Origin: Amoebidium appalachense
Lineage: Eukaryota; Protista; Ichthyosporea
NCBI GenBank assembly: GCA_963693365.1
Contig: CAVNZM010000002.1
Coordinates: forward strand, 10,968,328 to 11,032,327
Direction: 5' to 3'
Length of the DNA stretch: 64,000 bases
Made by a program: the position numbers and the translations under genes. Positions within the stretch are counted from its first letter, which is position 1, and every line of letters begins with the position of its first letter. Below the pieces are notes generated by a model. The model was not told where the DNA came from. It did not search any database and saw only the letters and a list, made by a program, of their open reading frames with translations. This document shows positions 1-11,167 of this stretch, piece by piece.

Positions 1-71
1 TGCTTGGTGGGGTGGGAGGAGGACGGGGGGGAGGGGGGGGGTTGCGATCTTGCACTGTGCGAGAGCTGTAA

Positions 72-266
72 TTACACTGATAAATATCCTGGCCGGAAAG
101 CCGCAATATATGTGTCATGATAGGCCAGGTCAGGAAACTTTTGCGCATGCGCACCTCCAGCGCTAATATTAGCCTCCCTCCCCTGGGAGCCCCAAATACC
201 GTAGTAACCGTTCACAAAGTGAGGTTGTTTGCCCGTGCCACTGGATGGACGTAGTGGCTCTGCCAT
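72..266 (-). CDS. Possible first exon (or small ORF) of a gene running off the left edge; product unknown
   Basis: ATG-initiated, non-repetitive 64-codon ORF (MAEPLRPSSG...) with GT donor candidates at 77 and 75 followed by a C-rich, intron-like tract. No family motif recognised. Confidence 0.25.
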   Translation of the reverse strand: MAEPLRPSSGTGKQPHFVNGYYGIWGSQGREANISAGGAHAQKFPDLAYHDTYIAAFRPGYLSV

Positions 267-818
267 ATAGCCATGGGTACTGTACTAATTTACGCAGCGC
301 CACACCGTCTATCCCATCCTCGATCCCATATTATTTCAGTGACCTGATGGTGAATCCGAAGAGCTGGTAAGTCTGTCAAAGTCACTGTGCAAATTTAATT
401 GTTACTAACATAGAGATGCATTGGCCAATTATAAAAGGAGCAAATTGCATACCCAGATGTTGAAGATCTTTTCCATTCCAAGTGCATCTCCCCCCTCTCC
501 CCCCCTCCCCCCCCCCCTCCCCCTCCTCCCACCCCACCAAAAACACCCAAATTCGAATCAAAAAAACCCCTCGTGTGAACCGAGCTCATCTATGAAAATT
601 AACCACACTCGTGCGCGATTCCCTCAGTCCCGGCCCTGCCGCTCTGCGAAGCTCCGGGCTGATAATAAATTGTGCACATGGTTCACTGAGGTACAGGGGG
701 TGACTGAAGTTAAGAGCATTCACTTTGAAAATAGGGGCTAATAATCTTAATTTTTCAGGGACCATAGCCTAAATAAGAATAATATTATTTCCTTGGGGTG
801 GGTTGTGTCCACGGGGAG

Positions 819-857
<39 letters not shown>

Positions 858-1042
858 TTTCTTTTCTTGTAAAAGGAGCCGACAAGGGCAGTCATCTCAA
901 CAAGACTTCAAATACTGATCTTACACACAAAGTCCAATTAATGTTCTTGCAGCCTGGGGCACATGTGGCTTTCAAAATGCATACATACCACGGCGATGTG
1001 TGCACATAAGGCGCAATTGCCAACGTGTGTGTGGGAGGGGAA

Positions 1043-1081
<39 letters not shown>

Positions 1082-1194
1082 GAAGGGGGGGGGCGGGGAC
1101 GGGGGAGGGTGTGTGTGTGTGTGCGCGCGCACGCGCGCGCGTGTGTGTGTGTGTGCATGTGTGTGTGTGTGTGTGTCTGCGCGCAGGCAGCACG

Positions 1195-2367
1195 TATGCG
1201 TATGTCATCGTAGTATGTATCTGTATGTGTATGTCATCATAGTGTTTATCTGTATGTGTATGTCATCATAGTATGTATCTGTATGTCACGGTATGTCATC
1301 ATAGTATGTATCTGTATGTGTATGTCATCATAGTATGCCATCTGTATGTGTATGTCATCATAGTATGTATCTGGGCCTCGCGTAAGGGTGTATGTCATCA
1401 TAGTGTGTATCTGTATGTGTATGTCATCATAGTGTGTATCTGTATGTGTATGTCATCATAGTGTGTATCTGTGTGTGTCACATGATGTCATCATAGTGTG
1501 TATCTGTATGTGTATGTCATCATAATGTGTATCTGTATGTGTATGTCATCATAGTGTGTATCTGTGTGTGTATGTCATCATAGTATGTATCTGCACGGTG
1601 TATGTCATCATAGTATGTCATAATAATGTATCTGTATACTCGCGTAAGGGTGTATGTCATCATAGTGTGTATCTGTATGTGTATGTCATCATAGTGTGTA
1701 TCTGTATGTGTATGTCATCATAGTGTGTATCTGTATGTGTATGTCATCATAGTGTGTATCTGTGTGTGTATGTCATCATAGTGTGTATCAGGCTGTATGT
1801 GTATGTCATCATAGTGTGTATCTGTATGTGTATGTCATCATAGTGTGTATCTGTGTGTGTATGTCATCATAGTGTGTATCTGTATGTGTATGTCATCATA
1901 GTGTGTATCTGTGTGTGTATGTCATCATAGTATGTATCTGTATGTGTATGTCATCATAGTGTGTATCTGTATGTGTATGTCATCATAGTGTGTATCTGTA
2001 TGTGTATGTCATCATAGTGTGTATCTGTGTGTGTATGTCATCATACTATGTATCTGTATGTGTATGTCATCATAGCGTGTATCTGTATGTGTATGTCATC
2101 CACGCGAGGATAGTGTGTATCTGTGTGTGTATGTCATCATAGTATGTATCTGTATGTGTATGTCATCATAGTATGTATCTGTATGTGTATGTCATCATAG
2201 TATGTATCTGTATGTGTATGTCGTCATAGTATGTATCTGTATGTGTATGTCATCATAGTATGTATCTGTATGTGTATGTCATCACTGATGTATCTGTATG
2301 TGTATGTCATCATAGTATGTATCTGTATGTGTATGTCATGATCATCGTATGTATCTGTATGTGTATG
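1195..2367 (+). repeat. 29-bp minisatellite (GTATGTCATCATAGTRTGTATCTGTRTGT)n, about 40 units
   Basis: Period of 29 read directly (GTATGTCATC at 1681 and 1710), with scattered short insertions. Confidence 0.95.
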
Positions 2368-2489
2368 AATTTAGACGGTGTGTATGCACACGTGCACGCG
2401 TGCGCGTGGCACTGCATGAATGCGCTTTCATGTGTGCCTGAGAAGGCTTGCGTGTGCTCGTGGTGTGTGAGTACGATGCCATATGTACA

Positions 2490-2731
<242 letters not shown>

Positions 2732-3304
2732 AGTCTGTCCCAGTTCTCTTGCTCTTTCTCTCTCTCTTTCTCTTCCTCTCTCTCTCGAGGCTCTCTCTCT
2801 TGAGATCTCTCTCTTGAGATCAAACACTCTCTCCCCCCCGCCCCCCCGCCCCCCGCGCTCTCTCTCCCTGTGTGTGTGTGTGCGTAGCGCGCGCGTGTGT
2901 GTGTGTGTCACAGTTTGGGTGTGTGTGGGTGTGTGTTTGTGGGTGTTTGTGCATAATGATTGTGATGCTATGTGTTTGTGTGTGCTTGACAGTTATGCTT
3001 GCTTGTGTGCCCATACCGATCTGTTCGTCCGTAAGTTGCGCTCACTGTCTATGTGTGCACGAGCAACATGTTCTTGTGCACACACGTCACTTGATAATGT
3101 GCCCATACCCGGCAGCGTGTAAAACGTTTTTTGACTTTCGATTGCATCGGCTAGTAGTAAATATTGAAAACCCTCCGCCCCCTCCCTCCCCACATTCTTT
3201 TTTTTTATATTTATTTATTTATTTATTTTTTTTTGGGGGGGGGGGGGGGGGGGGGGGGAGGGGGGGGAGCAATGGCAAGTGCCGGACTGTCACACTGTAA
3301 GCAT

Positions 3305-3454
3305 GTAGCCTAACCTTTAAAAATGGATACAAAATTTCAAGCCTGATGATACCGAAATCTGTGCCCAACATGTATAATGTAGTCTAACCTTTAAAAATGG
3401 ATACAAAATTCCAAGCCTGATGATACCGAAGTCTGTACAGCAATATGTATAATG
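3305..3454 (+). repeat. 74-bp tandem duplication (2 copies)
   Basis: GTAG(C/T)CTAACCTTTAAAAATGGATACAAAATT(T/C)CAAGCCTGATGATACCGAA... at 3305 and 3379. Confidence 0.9.
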
Positions 3455-3508
3455 GTGACCAATTTCAGTCGTTGGTGGGTTCGTGGATGGGTTCCTTGGG
3501 GCCCTCGG

Positions 3509-3578
<70 letters not shown>

Positions 3579-3648
3579 GAGGGGGTGGGGGGGGGGGGGG
3601 GGGGAGGGGGGGAGGGGGAGGCTCCATCTTATAAGGGTGGTGGGTCCA

Positions 3649-3681
<33 letters not shown>

Positions 3682-6479
3682 CAACACCCCCCTTAACAAA
3701 ACAGTTGGTGGTTCGAACCCCGGGCCCCCCAGGGCCTTCCCCCCCCCCCATTAGAACACTCACGAGAGGTGAAGACAACCAGGACGGTGAGAGTGGTGTA
3801 GCATTAGCAATGCATATCCTTCACTAACCGACAAACCATTGCAATTGTCACTATCCCCCCCCCCTCCCTCCCCCCCGGATGATCCTAAATATCCACCAGG
3901 TTTGGTAGACCCTATTATCTTAATTTCTTTAAAAAAAAAGCACTATTTATCTTAATATTAAATTATCTTAATTTCAGTCACCCCCTGTACGTACGTACCC
4001 GCCTTTCCGTTGATAAAACCTTTAATTATCAAAGTGCAGAACTTGTGTATCCCTTGTCTCACAAAAGTGACTTTGTCAGTGTTCATGAGCATTCTGCGCC
4101 TCCAATTTTCGATTTCGCATGGTATATATATATCACATGCTTGTGATTGTGTCACAAAAAACCCAACTATGATAATATATTAGCTGTAATTCATCAAATA
4201 CTATTTGGAGACTGCCCACAGCTTCAAAATTGTTGTCGACAGGGGTACTGTTTATATATATGCGGCCACGCTGTGATCAAGTGCAGGCAACAGCCTAACA
4301 TTGCCTTTCTTGCACCCAGCCAGCCACAGGGCTTCTGTAATGCACGTCATCCCGAGATACTCATCATAGCATGGGCTTCATTTTTATTGTGCTTGTTTTG
4401 TATGTGACTGTGTGTGTGTGTGTGCATGCATGTACGTGTGACTTGTGACAGTGTGCGTGTGCGTGTGGTGTGTGTGTGTGTTACAGTATGTGTGTGTCAG
4501 ACTCTGTGTGTGTGCGTGTGTGTGTGTGTGTGTGTCACGGTGTGTGTGTGTGTGTGTGTGTGTTAACGTTTTTTACTTCTTCGTCACAAAGTCACAGAGT
4601 TTCGCCTCAGTATCGTCTATGCACCACACAAGGTAACATATGAAGGAATACAGTCGAACTTGAAAGTCACATCACACGGCTGAGCGCATGTACCTTTGAA
4701 TTGATGCTACCAGCGGTTTATTTTTTTGGTGTACTGTTACAGTAGGGTAAATACAGTGTGTGCATATGCATAGTGACCAAGTTCCTCTCTATAATGAGTG
4801 CATGGCTCCTAGTTGGTCGATCATCACCAGCATATGCATGCATGATAACACGTGTGCATGTAATGCACATCACTCTGCACAATGGGAGTTGGGAAATTAC
4901 GTGTCTGGGGGAAGGCTACCACCTACTGAGGCGGTGTCTGCTTTCTTTCTTTCTTTTTTTTTTTTTTTACTTGTAGATGTATAACGTCGCACGTGCGGCA
5001 ACACGTCAGTACGTGTTAGGGGGGAAGGAGGGATGCTGAGGTTGGGGTGTGTAGGACAGGGCAGAAGGCGAAAGCACGTGATACAGCTGTATGTTTTTTA
5101 AATGGATGTTTGACTAGGAAGAGAACGGGTAACGACAACGAAGTTTACGCAATACGTATACATGGGAGGTCAGTCTATGTGATGCATCACAGGTAACGAT
5201 ATAAAAGAAGTGAGAGATCATAGCTGCCCCTGAGTTACCTCAAAGGCCGTAGCTCTGATCTTTCAAGAAGAACGGTAAAAAAACGGCGCAGCGTCTATTT
5301 GAACGTACGTGTACGTTAGTTGGCTGGAGGGCACAGCTATCACTAAGGTTTATTTCAAGTTGCGTGTGAAAAACGACAGCGTGGAAATACAGATACAGCG
5401 TAAGCAGTAACTTATAATAAGGCGGAAGTAAAGATTTTGAAAAGCTAGGGGAAACACGTGCTGCACGTGCACCCCTTTGTCCCATGAATCGTGAACGTGC
5501 CACAGTGAGTGTGAGTGTGAGTTCTGTGAACTTCTGACCACGTGGTAATTCCGAAACTGGAAATCTTATGCGGGGACAGTAACGGTGGTGAATCATGGTG
5601 CGTGTCCTTTTCCCTATTGGATCAGAACGAACCCAAAAGTATTTTAACTATTATGCGTGATATGTAGCAAATCAGCAGAGGGTGGGGAGGTGTGTATCAA
5701 ACTATGTGAGCCGGCATCGCCTTGTTGACGGCAGCACCTCACGCTAACCGTCAGCCAATAGGAATGTACTGCGGCACTTCCGGAAATGATGCTTTTGCTG
5801 TGTCACGCATTCCGCAGCGTTTACATAGTAGCCAAAAGTGCACAGTGTGCCGTGTCACGACACCGACGTCACACCGTCGTCACTATAGAATTTGAAAACA
5901 ATAAGAGCGTAATTTGCAGCGTAGTAATGCCTACCAGAAAACCAAAGAAAATAATATTGAAAAATTTCAATTAGTTTGGTAATCTGGAAATATTTAGTAA
6001 CGAAACAATGCATCAGTACGTGGTGCGCATGCATATTTGGACCGCACGGTGACTGGGTCAGTTCGATGTTTTGTGTACATTTTGTGCATACGCGCGTGAC
6101 GTCACATGCATTTTATTAGGCTCAGCACAGACTGAACAACAGATGTGCTCGGGGATGCATATGGCATGGTCCTCACTGCGGATTACAATCACTGTGCCGG
6201 TACGCACAGATGTGCACGACCTATATTAGTGGGCCCTAATAGACATTGGTATGTAAGGGATTCTTGATTTTGAAACGGGGAGGGGGGTAGTAGTAGTAGT
6301 AGTAGTAGCGTTGGGGCCTTTGGACAGTGGGTCCTTTCCCCCCCTTTCTCCGCGGGGGGGGGGGGGGGGGGGGGGGGAGGGGGGCCCGGGGGACCCACCC
6401 ACCCCCCGTCGGCTGCCATAATCTGACTATTTATATCAGATAACCTGATGATATAACATTAATTATCATTAACAGCCGT

Positions 6480-6800
6480 TTACATGCATAGCATGACATC
6501 GTCATTGCCTTTAAACCAAGGCCTCCAACAACTGTAGTTGTATCTAGGGGGCCTTGCTTTAAACACAAACATTGACTCAAGAGGCTCACTAATTATTAAT
6601 ATTTATAATAGAAGAAGGCCTTGATCACTTCGGACGGTAATTACATGCATAGCATGACATCGTCATTGCCTTTAAACCAAGGCCTCCTACAACTGTAGTA
6701 TCTAGGAGGCCTTGCTTTAAACACAAACATTGACTCAAGAGGCTCACTAATTATTAATATTAATAGAAGTCCTTGATCACCTGAAACTCAGGTTACATGC
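6480..6800 (+). repeat. ~155-160-bp tandem duplication, each unit containing a stem-loop
   Basis: TTACATGCATAGCATGACATCGTCATTGCCTTTAAACCAAGGCC... starts at 6480 and 6641; a third TTACATGC is at 6793. Each unit holds CAAGGCCTCC...GG(A/G)GGCCTTG arms. Confidence 0.9.
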
Positions 6801-6839
6801 CGTCCGGTACCGGTCATATGCATTCGGGGGTCCCTTCCC

Positions 6840-6876
<37 letters not shown>

Positions 6877-6963
6877 AGCTCCCCCACCCCAGGTCCCCCT
6901 GGGGCCCCTGTCACCCCACCGCGCCCCCCTCCCCCCGGGGCCCCTTCTCTCCCCCCTCCCGGA

Positions 6964-7007
<44 letters not shown>

Positions 7008-7346
7008 TCTCCCACTCGTCTTCAGTTGCCCCGGCCCACCACGCACGCACATACACGCACACACTTTCACACGTATTGAATTAATTAACACGTACCTGCA
7101 TACACATGTACCACCCACGTGCACGCACATGAGGTGCAAAAACTTTGACTGATGAGCACCCGACACACACATGAACATGCAGATGCATTCACCCACACCA
7201 CACACACATACATTCCCTGCCACACACTCAGGCAGCTGCAGATATGCACACCAACACTGCACAGTGAACGTTACATGGTAACCTTGCCCACAATAATTAT
7301 TCATAATTTAGAAATAGTACGACCCGTGCATGTGTGAGTGTGCTGA

Positions 7347-7407
<61 letters not shown>

Positions 7408-7771
7408 TATGTTGTGTATAGGTGTGCGTGTGTGCATGCATGTGTGCACATGCATGTACTTTTGTGTAAATGAGCAGCCGAGGGAGGGGGGAGGGGGGTA
7501 GGGAGGGAGGGAGGGAGGGGGGTGATCATGGTGGGGCGGGACAGAGGCCTGCGGGAGGGGAGAGGGGGAGGGACCGCGGAGAGAGGGAGGGGAGATTAAG
7601 AAAATAATATAGAGCATGCATCCGACAGAAGAAGACCACCGGCACGAACGGGTGGGAAGTGTGTGTGTGTGACACTGTGTGTGTGTGTGTGCGGGTATGG
7701 GCGCGCACGCGCATGTGTGGGTGTTTGTGCGTGTTGTGTGTGTCAGTGTGTGTGTGTGTGTGTGTGTCACG

Positions 7772-7855
<84 letters not shown>

Positions 7856-7923
7856 TGTGTACTGATGTGTGTTTGTGTGCGTGTGCACGTGTGTGTGTGT
7901 GTGTGTGTTTGTGTGTACATATG

Positions 7924-7980
<57 letters not shown>

Positions 7981-8161
7981 GTGGGGGGGGGGGGGAGGGG
8001 GGATAGTCCGTGGGATATGCCATCAGTGGCCAAAACGGGCTCGCTGCAATTCCTCCGAAAGAGAAGGAAAAAAAAAAAAAGAAGAAGTGGGAAAAAAAAA
8101 GTAACGAATACAACCTTTGGTGGGTGGGAAAGAGACTCTGCCCATAATCACGCGCATGCCG

Positions 8162-8210
<49 letters not shown>

Positions 8211-9655
8211 GGGGCCGGGACCCACCCACCCTTGCGGCTACCTTGGGGAGGGGTACGGACCCACCCCCTCCGGCCACCCCCCTGAAGGGGTGGGTCTCCC
8301 CCCCCCCCGAAGGGGCGTACCACCAGGCCGGGGGATGTCGATATTTACTACTCCCCCCCCCCTCCCATTTCAAATTCCCCATAAGGTGCGGCGCAGATGG
8401 CAGTCATCGCACACTGCGCATGATAAACTTACGCACGTGTCACACCGGTGACACCCGGGCCTGTGTACCACATAGTCGTGACTTTCCGAACCTTCGCTGC
8501 GAAGGAGTCGACCGCCGGCGCCCGGCGGCGCCCGGGAAATTCGGGAATGCGTCGTCATGTATGGTGCACGTGGCCCCGCGCCGGATATGCATGCACAATT
8601 GCATGCATTACGTTTGTAGGTTAGGCAGTCTGGCTTGCGCACACTAGGGCATCCGAGTATAAGATTCAGGGCGTGTAGCCAAAGTTTCCATTATAATTAC
8701 AATACGGTATCATCAACCATAAAATACACACACAAACACACACACACATATGTATATAAATATCTATATATAACACCTACCTCCATACTATATTTATTCA
8801 TGCTCATGCTTCTGGGCCTTCTCAGTTTCATGATGGCTTGCCGCTCATAAATCGATTTTGTTCCACTATCGTATACCGTGACACTACCGATGTAGGATCG
8901 ATGCATTCTAGTTATGACTCAAAAGTGGGAGCAAGGTTGCAGAGGCCATGGGTCGCCAGTGTGCAGTAATGTGCCCTCACTTTTGACTTAAAACGCAGTG
9001 TAGTTGAATGCAGCCTGTTGTGTTATGTACTTCTTAGTCGGGGTCGAGGATAACTCATGGCTAGGTAGTGTTGCACGTTTTTTATCTCATCTCATCATTA
9101 GTCTCGGGCTTCTTGTCTCATAATGGTGTATGGCACAATTACAGCCCAAAAACAATCACACAACCACACATTCACACATGGCCAATAATTTCACACACAT
9201 TCACTCAACATAGTATTTCAGTATTGGTGACTGGCAGCCTTTATTTAATCTCATAGCGTTGGCTCTGTTGCGAACTATTCTGTATTATATTTATGGCCAT
9301 GGTCACGTTGCAATTGAAATGCAAATGAAAACACCCATGTTACCGGTTTGAGCTGCTGGATCTCAGTGAGGCTGGTTTAACAAACACATAGGCCATTCTA
9401 AGCTTTAAAAGCGCTTCAAACAGCAACTTGGCCACCAAAGAAATTTACAAGCTTTTTACCGCTAGTATAGAGTGTTTAAGCTACCAATTGCAAAGGGGAA
9501 CGTTGACACCATACACGAACGTCATCTGTCACCTTTTTATAGAAATCAGAATCTATAGCAGTAGAGGGATGGGTATATCCCGGCTAGATTAGTAGTTGCA
9601 CTGGCACCACCCCCACTAAGCGGAGCATTGGGTTTCCACCAAAGTCTTCGTGTTG

Positions 9656-11167
9656 ATGTACACATGCATTCGTAAGGCAGAGACCATCTACGTTTCGAGC
9701 GCAAACAGTATTTCAATTGGACGTATGCATGCACAACACGGTGGCACCACACCAGTGCAAACAGTGAATGAAATGGTGACTGTAGGTGGGGTAGCAGAGG
9801 ACCCCCCACTGCACCTCGTGGAGTTTGTGGAACCTTCCCTGCATCCATTCACTAAAGATGACCCATCGAAGCCCACGGAACATCTCGACTCTATCGGAAA
9901 CGCGGGTCTTTCCGGAACCCTCCAGCTCACCCCACCGTCCTTCTCCCAAGCGCAAGTATGCGCTGCGCTGCCCTCCCCTCACCACCGAAGGGTAGAGGAG
10001 CTGTCATACGAGGTTAGCCAGTCATACACGCTACCCTACCAACGGAAGACACTGCTGATAAATTTCATCCTGTTTGCGGCCCTCCTTGCCCCCGAGATCC
10101 TTTTGTCCCTGCGGGTGAGCAACCTCTCCTTCACCCTTCCCAGTATGCGCCTGGTCGAGGCTGGGGACGAGCTATATTTGGCCCGAGACACGCTCACCAG
10201 CACCCTTACTTCACAAAACACCACCCAGAAAATTCTGGCGGTGTCCGGCCTGTTACGGGCTGCTGCTCAGTTCGACGCCACGGTCGTGCAGAGCATGGAA
10301 GACGGCGGAACAATCTTCTACTGGAACCTGTTATTGTACGGGGCTCACATGGTGCTGTGGGCCCTGGTGACACTCACATCCTATCGCCTGAGACACCACG
10401 CGTCCATAAAGTCCCGTGGTTACGAGTACCTCGTGTTTCTGTTGACGGTGCACATATGCCTGCTGTGTTCCGGCGTGTTCCTAACGGCGGCCGACAACCT
10501 AAGGTTCAGCCAATATCCAAAGGCGACAAATCCGGAAAACATGCAGGCGCTAGAGCGGGAGGCGACGCGGACCATTAACATAGGCATGTCGGCGTTTTTG
10601 GTTGCAGTTCTTTTCTGGGATTTATTTATGTCTGCGCTGGTGCAGCGGCAACGAACCATATACCTAATTTTCTCGCGGACTTTCCAGGTGCGTGCAATCA
10701 GGTTTTGGCAGCTCCTCCCGTACAACCTCCTCCTGCTCATCCCGCCCTATGCCACAATAGTCTCCGCCCGGGTGCTGTACCAGTACCGTACCTTGTGGCT
10801 GGCGGTGTCCGGGATCATGGTCATGATCGTGTGCCAATCGACCATGATATCCTACTACGCCATCCTCGCACGCAAAGCCCACCTACGCTTCAGCGACTTC
10901 TATGCCCACGTCCGCTGCAACATCCTCTTTACTCTGTTTGCAATCATGGTGTCCGTGTTGACGGGCGTCTACCCGCGCGATTCGTGGACGCGCAGTCTCT
11001 GGTACAGCATGTGCAGAGCCCTGAGCACCCGGCACCTTTTGGACGAAATGGCGTGCTTGCTCGTGCAGGAGAAATTCACAAAGTTGACACCCCTCACACA
11101 CATCAGCGCTCAGGCCGCCACGGACGATGCAGTGACACGGGTGCACTCAACCACGTTAGCGTCATAG
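9656..11167 (+). CDS. Intronless multi-pass membrane protein (~7 hydrophobic segments), unknown family
   Basis: 1.5-kb microsatellite-free ORF, GC-rich like the exons of neighbouring genes. First ATG 9656 (alternatives 9725, 9773), TAG at 11165-11167. Hydrophobic segments: LLINFILFAALLAPEILLSL, IFYWNLLLYGAHMVLWALVTL, YLVFLLTVHICLLCSGVFLTAA, INIGMSAFLVAVLFWDLFMSALV, LLPYNLLLLIPPYATIVSA, LWLAVSGIMVMIVCQSTMISYYAIL, ILFTLFAIMVSVLTGVY. Confidence 0.75.
   Translation: MYTCIRKAETIYVSSANSISIGRMHAQHGGTTPVQTVNEMVTVGGVAEDPPLHLVEFVEPSLHPFTKDDPSKPTEHLDSIGNAGLSGTLQLTPPSFSQAQVCAALPSPHHRRVEELSYEVSQSYTLPYQRKTLLINFILFAALLAPEILLSLRVSNLSFTLPSMRLVEAGDELYLARDTLTSTLTSQNTTQKILAVSGLLRAAAQFDATVVQSMEDGGTIFYWNLLLYGAHMVLWALVTLTSYRLRHHASIKSRGYEYLVFLLTVHICLLCSGVFLTAADNLRFSQYPKATNPENMQALEREATRTINIGMSAFLVAVLFWDLFMSALVQRQRTIYLIFSRTFQVRAIRFWQLLPYNLLLLIPPYATIVSARVLYQYRTLWLAVSGIMVMIVCQSTMISYYAILARKAHLRFSDFYAHVRCNILFTLFAIMVSVLTGVYPRDSWTRSLWYSMCRALSTRHLLDEMACLLVQEKFTKLTPLTHISAQAATDDAVTRVHSTTLAS

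Noticed and set aside
1195-2367. CRISPR-like array (29-bp repeat)
   Set aside because: The units are directly adjacent with no unique spacers, there are no cas genes, and the context is eukaryotic. It is a minisatellite.
3343-3360. CTGATGA-TACC-GAAA minimal hammerhead core or C/D-box motif in the 74-bp duplication
   Set aside because: No stem I can be formed, the second copy has GAAG, and there is no terminal stem supporting a snoRNA.
3705-3730. GGTTCGAACCC B-box/T-loop motif (similar at ~35987 and ~33670)
   Set aside because: No A box or cloverleaf around them, so no tRNA was called.
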